64,000 nt of DNA from PVC group bacterium (GTDB lineage Bacteria; Omnitrophota; Gorgyraeia; B26-G9): positions 129,210 through 193,209 of the forward strand of contig JAAEQR010000072.1 of assembly GCA_024231215.1 (NCBI GenBank), given 5' to 3'. Within the stretch, counting starts at the first letter, position 1. Every line of letters starts with the position of its first letter. Positions 10,047-19,515 of this stretch are shown here, one piece after another. The position numbers were made by a program, and so were the translations under genes. The notes beneath the pieces are model-generated. The model worked only from the letters and a program-made list of their open reading frames with translations. It made no database searches and was not told the origin of the DNA.

Positions 10047-10724
10047 ATGGCCGATAAAAATGTTTCTCCGGAAAAACGTTTATTAAAGATAATTGAAGGG
10101 CAGCAGGATGAAGGGGCTGTGGCCTCAACGTTGAGGACCGGCAAGAAATATATGGCTCCTAGCAGTCTGAAGGGACGCTGGGCTTTTTTTAAAGAAAAAT
10201 TTAAAAAAGGCAACAAGACGGCAAAGAGGAAGTCTGCGCCTTGGGATATAAAAAAGGTTAATCAGGTCTTAAGTTTTAGTGTGGCATTGCTGTTTATAGG
10301 GTTTATATCTAGTATGCTTGTGGACTATTTTAATCTGAACAGCGATGATTTTGCAGTACCACAGATGGACTCAACTGCTCAGGCTACACCGATAAAGGGG
10401 CTTTCTTTGTTACAGCCTGAGGATCATTATTTACAGAAAGTAAGCGGACGCGATTTGTTCAAGTTTGGAGATATTGTAGTTGAGACGCCGGCTTTTCGTG
10501 AGGAGGATAAACCTCAGGTTTCGCGATTGCAAAGTTTAATGAAAGGGTTGAAACTAGTCGGGGTTTCCTGGGGGAAAGTTCCAGATGCGATTGTCGAGAA
10601 TGAAAGTGCAAATAAAACTTATTTTGTTAAAGCTGGATCGATGATTGAAGAAGCCACAGTAAAAAATATTTTTAAAGATAAAGTTGTTTTAGAACTTGAA
10701 GGAGAAGAGGCAGAGATAAGGTGA
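10047..10724 (+). CDS. bitopic membrane protein, GspC/PilP/GspB-like secretin-interacting component
   Basis: One TM segment (VLSFSVALLFIGFISSMLV). C-terminal ...LKLVGVSWGKVPDAIVEN...YFVKAGSMIEE..VKNIFKDKVVLE fits the PilP/GspC HR-domain beta-sandwich pattern. Position between the ExeA-like gene and the secretin. Confidence 0.4.
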   Translation: MADKNVSPEKRLLKIIEGQQDEGAVASTLRTGKKYMAPSSLKGRWAFFKEKFKKGNKTAKRKSAPWDIKKVNQVLSFSVALLFIGFISSMLVDYFNLNSDDFAVPQMDSTAQATPIKGLSLLQPEDHYLQKVSGRDLFKFGDIVVETPAFREEDKPQVSRLQSLMKGLKLVGVSWGKVPDAIVENESANKTYFVKAGSMIEEATVKNIFKDKVVLELEGEEAEIR

Positions 10725-12505
10725 AGCAGATCATCGGGGGGTTGATTATTGTTAGCATCTTATGTGCAACGGTTAGTTTGTTTGCGGAAGAGTTAGCGCA
10801 AGCTATATTGCCGCCACAGGCTACGACGGCACAGGTTGCTTTTTTACAAGAAGGTATATACGGTAGAATTTCTTTAGATCTGCGCCAGATTGATATCCAT
10901 GATGCATTGAAATACTTTTCATTAAAAAGTGGGTTGAATATTGTTACGTCAAAATCTGTAAGCGGAAGGGTCACTTTGATAGTGGAAGATGTTCCGGTTA
11001 AAGATGTATTTGACATAATGTTGAGATCTACGGGCTTGGCGTATGACAAAGTTGGCAGTATCTACAATGTAATGACTCAAGAAGAATATAAGATTCTTTA
11101 TGGTAAACGCTTTGCCGATATTCGTAAGGTTAAGGTTTTTCGTTTACAATATGCGGTTCCGGAACAGGCTTTTAGTTTGCTGGATACGATCAAAAGTGAA
11201 GTTGGACGTATCTTGGTTGATCCTGAGTCTGGTACTGTATTGTGTATGGATTCTCCGGAAAAAATAGAACAGATGCAGTCGGCACTGGATCAGTTTGAAC
11301 GAAAGGGAGTAACCCGGGTTTTTGATTTAAATTATGCGTTAGCTTCAGACATAGAAGAACATCTTAAAAGCAGGCTTGATGATAAAAAAGTAGGTTCAAT
11401 AAAAGCTGATGTAAGAGCAAACCAGGTTGTAGTTCATGCTTTGCCTAAAAGGATAGAAGAAATAGCAGAGCTGATAGAAATTTTGGATAAAAAAACAAAA
11501 GAAGTTTTGATTGAGGCCAAAATTTTAAAAATAAAATTGGGAAATAATTCAGAAGCCGGCGTAGAATGGGAAGGTATATTTAATGCTTCGGAAAATAATG
11601 GGTTGACTTATGTGGGGTCGTATCCTTTTAGCGCGGTGCAGGCGACGACTGATGAATGGAGATCAAGAAGTCAAGTTTGGAAGGATACAGGATATGTGGG
11701 GTCATATCCTTTTAGCGGAACAAGTTCTAACTATTCCGGAGGACGCTCATCTATTGGATTTGACAAAATGCATGTTGGGGTTGTAGGTTCCCATGATTTT
11801 GATTTTTTATTGAAATATTTGACAATTGAGAATGAAGCTAAGATTCTGTCTAATCCGAAAATTGCTGTGGTTAATAAGCAAGAAGCCAGGATTCATGTCG
11901 GAGAAAAACAGGCATATGTTACCACAACCACCACTAGCGGACAATCAACAAGTACTATTTCAGAAAACGTTACATTTATAGATATCGGGATTCAGCTTAA
12001 TGTGACTCCGACGATAAATGAAGATGATTTTGTGCGGTTACAGCTTAAGACAGAAGTAAGTAGTGTGGTGGATGTCTTACTTACTCCTACGGAGAATAAA
12101 ATCCCGATTGTGGACACATCGCTGGCTGAGACTGTAGTTTTAATCAAAGGAGGCAAAACAATTATTATTGCGGGGCTGCGGAAAGATGAAAAGTCAAAGA
12201 TAGTACGCCGAGTGCCGATCTTTAGTAAGATTCCGCTTTTAGGAAAACTATTTCAAACAAAAATAGATATTGTAAATCGCACAGAATTACTGATTATGGT
12301 CACTCCGCAGATTATTACCGGGGATGCTTTAGAAATGATGGATAGTAAGCCGATTGGAGCTCCGGATGTAAAAGATATTAAGGAGTATGGAGAACTGGAA
12401 AAAAGAAGAAAAGAATTAGAAACATATCAGCCGGTTGTAGAGGAATTAGGGGGTATGAAATTTAAAAATTTTAAAGTGTATGAAAAGATGCGGAATAAGG
12501 ATTAA
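10721..12505 (+). CDS. secretin (T2SS/T4P GspD/PilQ/MshL family)
   Basis: N0/N1-like N-terminal domains. C-terminal secretin signature NPKIAVVNKQEARIHVGEKQAYV...VVLIKGGKTIIIAGLRKDE...VPIFSKIPLLGKLFQTK...ELLIMVTPQII. Signal peptide present. Confidence 0.85.
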   Translation: MKQIIGGLIIVSILCATVSLFAEELAQAILPPQATTAQVAFLQEGIYGRISLDLRQIDIHDALKYFSLKSGLNIVTSKSVSGRVTLIVEDVPVKDVFDIMLRSTGLAYDKVGSIYNVMTQEEYKILYGKRFADIRKVKVFRLQYAVPEQAFSLLDTIKSEVGRILVDPESGTVLCMDSPEKIEQMQSALDQFERKGVTRVFDLNYALASDIEEHLKSRLDDKKVGSIKADVRANQVVVHALPKRIEEIAELIEILDKKTKEVLIEAKILKIKLGNNSEAGVEWEGIFNASENNGLTYVGSYPFSAVQATTDEWRSRSQVWKDTGYVGSYPFSGTSSNYSGGRSSIGFDKMHVGVVGSHDFDFLLKYLTIENEAKILSNPKIAVVNKQEARIHVGEKQAYVTTTTTSGQSTSTISENVTFIDIGIQLNVTPTINEDDFVRLQLKTEVSSVVDVLLTPTENKIPIVDTSLAETVVLIKGGKTIIIAGLRKDEKSKIVRRVPIFSKIPLLGKLFQTKIDIVNRTELLIMVTPQIITGDALEMMDSKPIGAPDVKDIKEYGELEKRRKELETYQPVVEELGGMKFKNFKVYEKMRNKD

Positions 12506-12509
12506 AAAT

Positions 12510-14894
12510 ATGAAAAGGAAAAGTATGCTTTATCAGAAAAAAATATGGGGAATAAGAATAGCGTGTGTAATTGTCATGTTTATTCTGGGGGGAAGTATTG
12601 CTGTCCAATCTGCGCCGGATTCTTATGTTACAAGTATTGTGGAAAAAATTGAACAGGATATGAATGCTTTGTCTAAAGAGTTGGAATTAAATAAGCAGGC
12701 TTACGAAAAATTGAAATCTGAACATGCGCAGAAACAACAGACATTGGTCGTTCGGGATAGAGAGATTGAAGTTTTGCATAAGAAAATTACGCAATCAAAG
12801 AAAGAGTTTTCAGAGAAACAACAGGCATTGGTCGTTCGGGATAGAGAGATTGAAGTTTTGCATAAGAAAATTACGCAATCAAAGAAAGAGTTTTCAGAGA
12901 AACAATATAAATTGAACCGGAAAGATGATGAAATTGCGAAGATTAAACAAGAGGCGAGTAGTTTAAAAAAAGAGGCACTGCAAAAAAACAAGATGGTGGC
13001 AAGCAAAGATGAAGAAATTACGGATTTGCAGGAACAGCTTAAAGATTTTGATGTTCTTCTGAAAAGTGCGCATGAAACTATAAATAAGTTGAGACATGAT
13101 GATTCTAATAAAGATATAGCTATAGAATCAGTTCGCGAAGAATTGCAAAAAACAGAAGATTCATTTTTGGATAAGATTCAGTCAGAGAGGGATTCTTTTG
13201 ATGAAAGGCTGGCTAAAGCTAATGAAGTAGCTGAAAAACTCAGGAATCAAAATAAAAAACAAGCACTTGAATATATACAGCAAATTCAGGAGAAAGAGGG
13301 ACAGATAAAAGTTTCTCAGAAAACTATTAATCAGAAGAATGAGATAGTAACAGGACTGAATAGTGAGCTGGATAAAGAAAGGTTGGCAAATGAAAATTTG
13401 CGTAGTCAGTATAATATCTCAGGAGACGAGAAGAAACAACTGTTGGCAACAATACATGAGTTGGAAACAGAGATAAGCAAGCAGTCTTTAAAGCTAAAAG
13501 CAAATCAGCAAAACCTGAGCAATGCAAATAAAGACCAGAGCACACTGAAACAGGATTATGATAAACTTCAAGAGGAACATGAAAAGATTCGTAATGAAAA
13601 GGAATTGTATTTAAGTAAAGTCTATTATTATGAAAAACAGCTAGAAGAAAAAGATAAGAAACTACAGGCATTACGTGACGATATACAGAGACAGGTGTCT
13701 TTATTGCATCATCAGCTGGGTGGGGTAGTTCAGGTTTCCCAGGAGACTGATTCTCAGGGGCAGCAGCTTAAGGATAAAAAAGCTGAGCTTGAACAGGTTA
13801 AATTGCAAACAAGACAGGCTGAACGTGATTTTCAGGAACAATTAGGAAAGATGAGCAAGGAAAATAAAAAATTGCTGGAACAGAGTAATAAGCTAGTTGA
13901 AGAAAAATTACAGATTCTAGCACATATGTTGCAGCTGGAAGAAGAGCAGACAATAGAAAGTGAGGCAGGGATTGCTCCGGATATAGAGCATGAGCTAGTG
14001 TATATAAAGAATGAGTTAATAAATCTAAGTGCGTCTTTAGATCAGAAAGGGCTTGAATTAACTAAACTACAAGAGGAAAATTATAAATTATTTAAAGAAA
14101 AAAATGAGCTGCGTAATATTCTTCATGAATATAATGAACAGCTGTTGGCCAAAGATAAAAAGTTTAAGCATGCACAGCAGATAATGAAACAGAAAGAAAA
14201 GTCTCAGGGTTCAAGATCTAAGGAAATTAAAAGAGATCTTGATGTCCAGATGCGGAAATTCAGAAAGGTCAATGCTGATTTTGAGAAAAAAAATGTTTTA
14301 TATGAAAAAGATATGAAGAAATATTTATCTCAGCTGAATGATTTAAGGGATAAATTAGCTATTTCTAGAGATCAATATGAGAGTGCGAAAAAGGATCGTG
14401 ATTCTTATGCTAAGCGTTTGAAGGATATTTACGCGGATGAGAGAGATTGGCAGAAAAAAGATGCACAACAATTAACGCTGTTAAGCAGTTATTCCAAAAA
14501 CATAGATGAATTGAATGCAAAGATACATACTCTTAATACGGATAATAAACGACTTAGTTTACTGCTTAAGACTATGCCGGAAAAATTGCAGACATTGGAA
14601 AATGACGTTGGTAATCTACGTAAGCAGAATGCCACATTGCATTATAATTTAGGTGTATTTCATACCCAGCGACAGGAATATACACAGTCTATAGCTGAGT
14701 TTAGTCAGGCTTTGAAGTTTAACTCTAGTGATGCTAGCACACATTATAATCTGGGTGTTATATATTCTCAATATTTAATTGATGAATCAAAGGCAGTAGT
14801 ACATTTTAAACATTACCTTGTTTTGGCTCCAAATGATAAGGATATACAAAGGGCAAAAGAGTATATTCTGCTTTGGGGGAATAGAGGTAGGTAA
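12510..14894 (+). CDS. long coiled-coil protein with signal-anchor N-terminus and C-terminal TPR repeats (MshN-like?)
   Basis: N-terminal hydrophobic segment, about 650 aa of heptad-rich K/E/Q sequence, then a C-terminal YNLGVFHT...YNLGVIY TPR pair. ATG at 12510 is preferred over the 12480 start, which overlaps the secretin. Confidence 0.6.
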   Translation: MKRKSMLYQKKIWGIRIACVIVMFILGGSIAVQSAPDSYVTSIVEKIEQDMNALSKELELNKQAYEKLKSEHAQKQQTLVVRDREIEVLHKKITQSKKEFSEKQQALVVRDREIEVLHKKITQSKKEFSEKQYKLNRKDDEIAKIKQEASSLKKEALQKNKMVASKDEEITDLQEQLKDFDVLLKSAHETINKLRHDDSNKDIAIESVREELQKTEDSFLDKIQSERDSFDERLAKANEVAEKLRNQNKKQALEYIQQIQEKEGQIKVSQKTINQKNEIVTGLNSELDKERLANENLRSQYNISGDEKKQLLATIHELETEISKQSLKLKANQQNLSNANKDQSTLKQDYDKLQEEHEKIRNEKELYLSKVYYYEKQLEEKDKKLQALRDDIQRQVSLLHHQLGGVVQVSQETDSQGQQLKDKKAELEQVKLQTRQAERDFQEQLGKMSKENKKLLEQSNKLVEEKLQILAHMLQLEEEQTIESEAGIAPDIEHELVYIKNELINLSASLDQKGLELTKLQEENYKLFKEKNELRNILHEYNEQLLAKDKKFKHAQQIMKQKEKSQGSRSKEIKRDLDVQMRKFRKVNADFEKKNVLYEKDMKKYLSQLNDLRDKLAISRDQYESAKKDRDSYAKRLKDIYADERDWQKKDAQQLTLLSSYSKNIDELNAKIHTLNTDNKRLSLLLKTMPEKLQTLENDVGNLRKQNATLHYNLGVFHTQRQEYTQSIAEFSQALKFNSSDASTHYNLGVIYSQYLIDESKAVVHFKHYLVLAPNDKDIQRAKEYILLWGNRGR
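12731..12898 (+). repeat. perfect in-frame 84-bp tandem duplication (2 units) inside the coiled-coil gene
   Basis: GAAACAACAG(A/G)CATTGGTCGTTCGGGATAGAGAGATTGAAGTTTTGCATAAGAAAATTACGCAATCAAAGAAAGAGTTTTCAGA occurs twice back to back, encoding ...LVVRDREIEVLHKKITQSKKEFSEKQQ twice. Confidence 0.85.
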
Positions 14895-14903
14895 AAAATC
14901 GAA

Positions 14904-16730
14904 ATGCAAAAGTCAAAAATGAAAAAAATAGAGATAGCTATTACCTTAATGATTCTTTTTGCGAGTGGTAGTTTTGTATGCGCCGAAGATGTTCAGCAAT
15001 ATGCGGCTTTGTCTTCTTCTGCTCCTACTCAAGGGGTAATATCTAATTTAGCTATTTCCAGAGAATGTATGTCGTTAGATTTAAGGGATATTGATGTGAA
15101 AGACGCTTTGAAATATTTAGCTTCAAGGGCAAATATGAATATTGTCCCGACTAATGATGTTTCCGGTCGGATTACGTTGATGATCAAAAATGCGCCTTTG
15201 TCAGATATTTTTGATATTGTTATCCGTTCTAATGGATTGGCATACGAGAAAATAGGTAGCATTTACAATGTTATGACAGATCAGGAATATGTAGATCGGT
15301 ATGGAAAAAAATTTGATGATATTCGTCAGCTTAAAGTGTTTCATTTAACATATGTGGTTCCTGAGCAGGCATTTGCGATTATTGATTCTATAAAGAGTAA
15401 TATTGGTACAGTATTGTTAAACTCAGAGTCTGGAACGATTGTAGTGTTGGATACTCCTGATATTATAGCGGAAATTGATATTGCTTTGCAATCGTTAGAA
15501 CGTAAAAACAGTATTCAGATATTTGATTTGAAATATGCAAACGCAAAAGATATCGCGAAACAGCTGAAAACACAACTGGATAAAAAGAAAGCGGGAAAGA
15601 TCAGAGCTGATCTTCGGACTAATCAGGTTGTTGTTGAGACATTGCCTGAAAGGATGAAGGATATCGCGCGTCTTATTAAGGGGCTGGATAAAAAAACCAA
15701 AGCGGTATTAATTGACGCGCGAATTATTCAGGTGAAGTTAAGTGATGATTTAAGTAGTGGGGTAGAGTGGGAAGGTTTGTTTGATGTTACTACTGCAGGT
15801 GGGGCGACTACTTATTTTGGCAGTACTCCAGTTGCTTCTATGCAAAGTCAGGTTGGCACTTGGCGTTCTCGGCAAACAGTACTTAGTGATACCGGGTATA
15901 TAGGTTCATATCCTTTTAGCGGGACGAGTACTGATTACGATTCTGGTACAAAAAAAGTACTTAGTGAAGAAATGCATGTCGGAGTTGTTGGTGAAAATGA
16001 CTTTGATGTTCTTATTACATATCTTAAGACCTTGGGTAAAGTGAAAATATTATCTAATCCTAAGTTATCGGTGACTAATAATCAGGAAGCACGAATACAT
16101 GTGGGAGAACGACAGGCATATATAACCTCTATTACTACTGCGGGGCAAACCACAACTACAGTGTCAGAAGAGGTGACTTTTCTTGATGTAGGTTTGCAGC
16201 TATTTCTCACGCCGTGCATAAACGATGAAGGATATGTAACTTTAAATATAAAACCGGAGATAAGCAGTGTGGTGGGATATTTGACTACTGCTCAGGAGAA
16301 TAAAATTCCGATAATTGATACTTCTACGGCTGAAACAACAGTTCTGGTAAAAGATGGGTCGACTGTGGCTGTGGGAGGATTGCGTCGGGATGAAAAAACA
16401 ATAAATTCAAAAGAAGTTCCTTTGTTAGGTAGAATTCCTTTTTTAGGAACTCTTTTTAAGTCAGAAGAAAATAAAAATAAACGCAGTGAATTATTAATTA
16501 TGGTTACAGCTCATATTGTAGAAGGTGATGAATTAACTACAGGAAGATCCAGCGAGTTTAAACATAAATTAGATAAGGAATATCAGGATTATCAATCGAT
16601 TAATAGGGAGTCCGGATTGACTGAATATGAAAAAGAAAAAAATATAACTATTCAACAAAAAATGTATCAAAAATATCCGGGGTATGATGAGGAAGAAGAA
16701 CTTCAGCCAACCATAAAACCATTAAGGTAG
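14904..16730 (+). CDS. secretin, paralog of the 10721 gene
   Basis: Same architecture and collinear similarity: DIDVKDALKYLASRANMNIV..., NPKLSVTNNQEARIHVGERQAYI..., TTVLVKDGSTVAVGGLRRDE..., VPLLGRIPFLGTLFKSE..., ELLIMVTAHIV. Confidence 0.85.
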   Translation: MQKSKMKKIEIAITLMILFASGSFVCAEDVQQYAALSSSAPTQGVISNLAISRECMSLDLRDIDVKDALKYLASRANMNIVPTNDVSGRITLMIKNAPLSDIFDIVIRSNGLAYEKIGSIYNVMTDQEYVDRYGKKFDDIRQLKVFHLTYVVPEQAFAIIDSIKSNIGTVLLNSESGTIVVLDTPDIIAEIDIALQSLERKNSIQIFDLKYANAKDIAKQLKTQLDKKKAGKIRADLRTNQVVVETLPERMKDIARLIKGLDKKTKAVLIDARIIQVKLSDDLSSGVEWEGLFDVTTAGGATTYFGSTPVASMQSQVGTWRSRQTVLSDTGYIGSYPFSGTSTDYDSGTKKVLSEEMHVGVVGENDFDVLITYLKTLGKVKILSNPKLSVTNNQEARIHVGERQAYITSITTAGQTTTTVSEEVTFLDVGLQLFLTPCINDEGYVTLNIKPEISSVVGYLTTAQENKIPIIDTSTAETTVLVKDGSTVAVGGLRRDEKTINSKEVPLLGRIPFLGTLFKSEENKNKRSELLIMVTAHIVEGDELTTGRSSEFKHKLDKEYQDYQSINRESGLTEYEKEKNITIQQKMYQKYPGYDEEEELQPTIKPLR

Positions 16731-16735
16731 AGAAG

Positions 16736-17719
16736 GTGAATAAAGTGAAATCAATAAAAGTTATAATTTTTATTTTGTTGACGGTGATGTTGATCCCGGG
16801 GTTTTTGCGAGCTCAAACGGCAGGAGATACTCCTACGTTAAAGGCGGAATACGAGAAACTATCTAAGGAATATGAGGCTATGGCAAAAGATAGGGATAAT
16901 TTGCGAGCACAGACAAAAATTCTTTTAAAGTATAAAAGTCAAATTGTAAAAGCAGAAGAACAGACTAATAAAATTGACATTGAGCGTAGTCAGTGGCAGA
17001 TTGAGAAGAAAGTATTGAGACACGAAAATGAGAAACTAAAAGGAGAGATTTCGCAGTTAAACGGTATGGTGGAAATGACAGAAAAATATCGGATGCAGTT
17101 AGAAGAAGAAAAAGATAAAATAAGAAAATCTTTGTCTAAGTCTAAGTCTGGATATATAATAGTAGAGGATTTAAAGCGAAAGGTTTCGAACGAAAAAAAA
17201 GAAAAAAATTATCTCAAAAAAGAGGCTGTACGGTTCCGAAGTAAAATAAAGAAGCTTGATAATTCATTGGCGAAAGCCGAGACCGTCGAAGAAGTTTTAC
17301 GCGATCAGATAACTGAGCTGAAAGAAAAGTATAAGGAAGCACAGAGAAGCAACGAGTTATTAGAGAAGAAGTTAAATGAAGAACCTAAACGCTATGCTGA
17401 AGTTGCTAGGGAAAACAAGGTTTTGCTTAAGCGTACTGCTTTAATGCATTATAATTTGGGGGTATTTTATACTAAGAATAAAGAATATCCTCGGGCGATA
17501 TCGGAATTCGAAAAAGCAATTGAATTAAATCCAAAAGATACTTATGCGTATTTTAACTTGGGTTACATCTATTCTGAATATTATGTGGATCGTCCGAAAG
17601 CAATTGAAAATTTTCGTAAGTATTTGTCTCTGGCAAAACAAGAGGACAATGATGTAGACTGGGTCAAAAGATATATACTTACTTGGCAGACATGGGAAGG
17701 TAAAGAGGTAATTAAATAA
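16736..17719 (+). CDS. coiled-coil protein with signal-anchor and C-terminal TPR repeats (paralog of the C-terminus of the 12510 gene)
   Basis: Hydrophobic N-terminus, K/E-rich heptads, and C-terminal HYNLGVFYTKNKEY...YFNLGYIYSEY TPR units similar to the end of the 804-aa protein. Confidence 0.55.
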   Translation: MNKVKSIKVIIFILLTVMLIPGFLRAQTAGDTPTLKAEYEKLSKEYEAMAKDRDNLRAQTKILLKYKSQIVKAEEQTNKIDIERSQWQIEKKVLRHENEKLKGEISQLNGMVEMTEKYRMQLEEEKDKIRKSLSKSKSGYIIVEDLKRKVSNEKKEKNYLKKEAVRFRSKIKKLDNSLAKAETVEEVLRDQITELKEKYKEAQRSNELLEKKLNEEPKRYAEVARENKVLLKRTALMHYNLGVFYTKNKEYPRAISEFEKAIELNPKDTYAYFNLGYIYSEYYVDRPKAIENFRKYLSLAKQEDNDVDWVKRYILTWQTWEGKEVIK

Positions 17720-17763
17720 TAGTAGGCTCTGCAAGGGCTGGAGTATTGAAGAGAGGAGAAAGT

Positions 17764-18348
17764 ATGAAGAAGGTTATTGGTGTTGTGCTTGTGATAATGA
17801 CTATTTTTGTTTTTTCTTTACAAGAAGGATATGCATTTTTTGGCAATAAAAAGAAGGCTGCTGATACTACTGAAGAAGAAACTATCCAGGAAGTAAGTAA
17901 AGCTCCGGAAAAAGAAGTCGAGAAACAGCCGGAGGTTAAAGTTGAAGAAAAAGCCCCAGCGATTGACAAGAAAATAGTTCAGATGAAAGCTATGAAGAAA
18001 AAGAAACGGGCACAGTTAAATAATACAATGTGGGATATTGAAGTTATCGATTTATCCTCTAAAACTAAGCAGAAAGCTGACGTGCTTGTTTTTGGAAAAG
18101 ATGGTTTTTATTCAGAAAATAAATCTGCAATTGATTTTGCTGCAACAAATTACACTTTAAATTTGCAAGACGATGGAAGTGTTACATGGGAAACAATGCA
18201 AAGCGGCAAAGACGGAGCAGTATTATTCTGGAAAGGTGAACTTGATAAGAAAATGACCAGCATGCGTGGTATTTTTAGTCATCAAGTTGCGGGGAAAACA
18301 GAAAATTATTCTTTTAACAGCACGGGGAAGAGACCTTTGAGAAAATAA
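17764..18348 (+). CDS. secreted hypothetical protein
   Basis: RBS GAGAGGAG, then an ATG. N-terminal signal peptide MKKVIGVVLVIMTIFVFSLQEGYA. No recognisable domain. Confidence 0.4.
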   Translation: MKKVIGVVLVIMTIFVFSLQEGYAFFGNKKKAADTTEEETIQEVSKAPEKEVEKQPEVKVEEKAPAIDKKIVQMKAMKKKKRAQLNNTMWDIEVIDLSSKTKQKADVLVFGKDGFYSENKSAIDFAATNYTLNLQDDGSVTWETMQSGKDGAVLFWKGELDKKMTSMRGIFSHQVAGKTENYSFNSTGKRPLRK

Positions 18349-18376
18349 AGACTAATAGTTATTAGAGGAATAGGTG

Positions 18377-19483
18377 ATGTTAAAGATATCTGATATTTTG
18401 AAAAAGGCAAGAGGCCAAGGCCGCCAGAAAAATAAGAAAAAAGCGGAAAAAACAAAACAAAATGAAACGCCAAAGCCTATATCTGAAACACCCCAATCGA
18501 AAGAAAAAAAACGGGATATTCCACCGGTTGATTTAGAAATAAAAAGTTCTAAAAATGAAGAAGAAATTGAGCCTGTTGTAAATTCCAAAGTTGCTCTGGG
18601 GGAAATAGCCAGCCTTTATCAGCAGGCAGTTGCTTTAGTTAAAGAGATATTGTCTCCGTTAGCTAAAAAAAAGAACTTGATTAGTAAAGCAGAGGAATTG
18701 GTCGATAAATTTGTAGACATAATTAAAAAAGATAGTACTACGTTATTAAAGTTCTTTTTTTGTGATTACGAGGTTTTGAATGAATATATGTATCAACATG
18801 CTGTTAATGTTTGTATTTTTTCTTTGGCGCTGGGGATCGGAATGCGTTATGATAATGCCCATCTTAAAAAACTAGGGGTGGGAGCATTGCTTCACGATGC
18901 TGGATTAGGAAAATTCGATTCTATTATTAATAAACCAAGGAAGCTTGAGCCGGGTGAGCTTGAAGAAGTAAAAAGACATCCTGCCGAAGGGAAAGAAGTA
19001 TTAAAAAAATATGCAAAATATCTGGATTTTAAAATATTCGATATTGTGTATCAGGAACATGAACGCATTAATGGCAGTGGATATCCTCAAGGGTTAAAAA
19101 ACGATATGATTGATGAGGATGCTAAGCTTATCGGCTTAGTAGATGTATATGAAGCAATTATCCATTCTCGGCCACATAGACCAAAGTTTAGTTGTCAGGA
19201 CGCTATACAGCTTATTTTGAACGAAAAGAAAGCATTTGAATATAAATTCATAAAAAATTTGATTGATACCATTGGGATTTATCCTATAGGGACATTGGTT
19301 GAATTAAATACTCGGGAAGTAGGTGTGGTTCTAAAACAGACCCCCAAAATGCCGTTTAGGCCGAGTATTGATATAACGCATAATAGTAATAGACAAAAAA
19401 TGACAGAGTCTAAACACGTTGATTTATCAAGCAATTTTTCAATATATATTAAACATTGTTTTAGTGAATTTCAAAAACAGTAA
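18377..19483 (+). CDS. HD-GYP domain protein (c-di-GMP phosphodiesterase family)
   Basis: ALLHDAGLGK ... HHERINGSGYPQGL matches the HD-GYP signature (HD ... HHE ... GYP). Confidence 0.7.
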   Translation: MLKISDILKKARGQGRQKNKKKAEKTKQNETPKPISETPQSKEKKRDIPPVDLEIKSSKNEEEIEPVVNSKVALGEIASLYQQAVALVKEILSPLAKKKNLISKAEELVDKFVDIIKKDSTTLLKFFFCDYEVLNEYMYQHAVNVCIFSLALGIGMRYDNAHLKKLGVGALLHDAGLGKFDSIINKPRKLEPGELEEVKRHPAEGKEVLKKYAKYLDFKIFDIVYQEHERINGSGYPQGLKNDMIDEDAKLIGLVDVYEAIIHSRPHRPKFSCQDAIQLILNEKKAFEYKFIKNLIDTIGIYPIGTLVELNTREVGVVLKQTPKMPFRPSIDITHNSNRQKMTESKHVDLSSNFSIYIKHCFSEFQKQ

Positions 19484-19515
19484 TTAGGGATAACCCAGTC
19501 TGAAGATTAAGGATA

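Noticed and set aside
12701-13006. ORFs 12701-13006 (-) and 12724-12915 (+) with internally repeated peptide
   Set aside because: They are generated by the 84-bp tandem repeat inside the real coiled-coil gene. The repetition is inherited from the DNA repeat, and it is not an independent gene.
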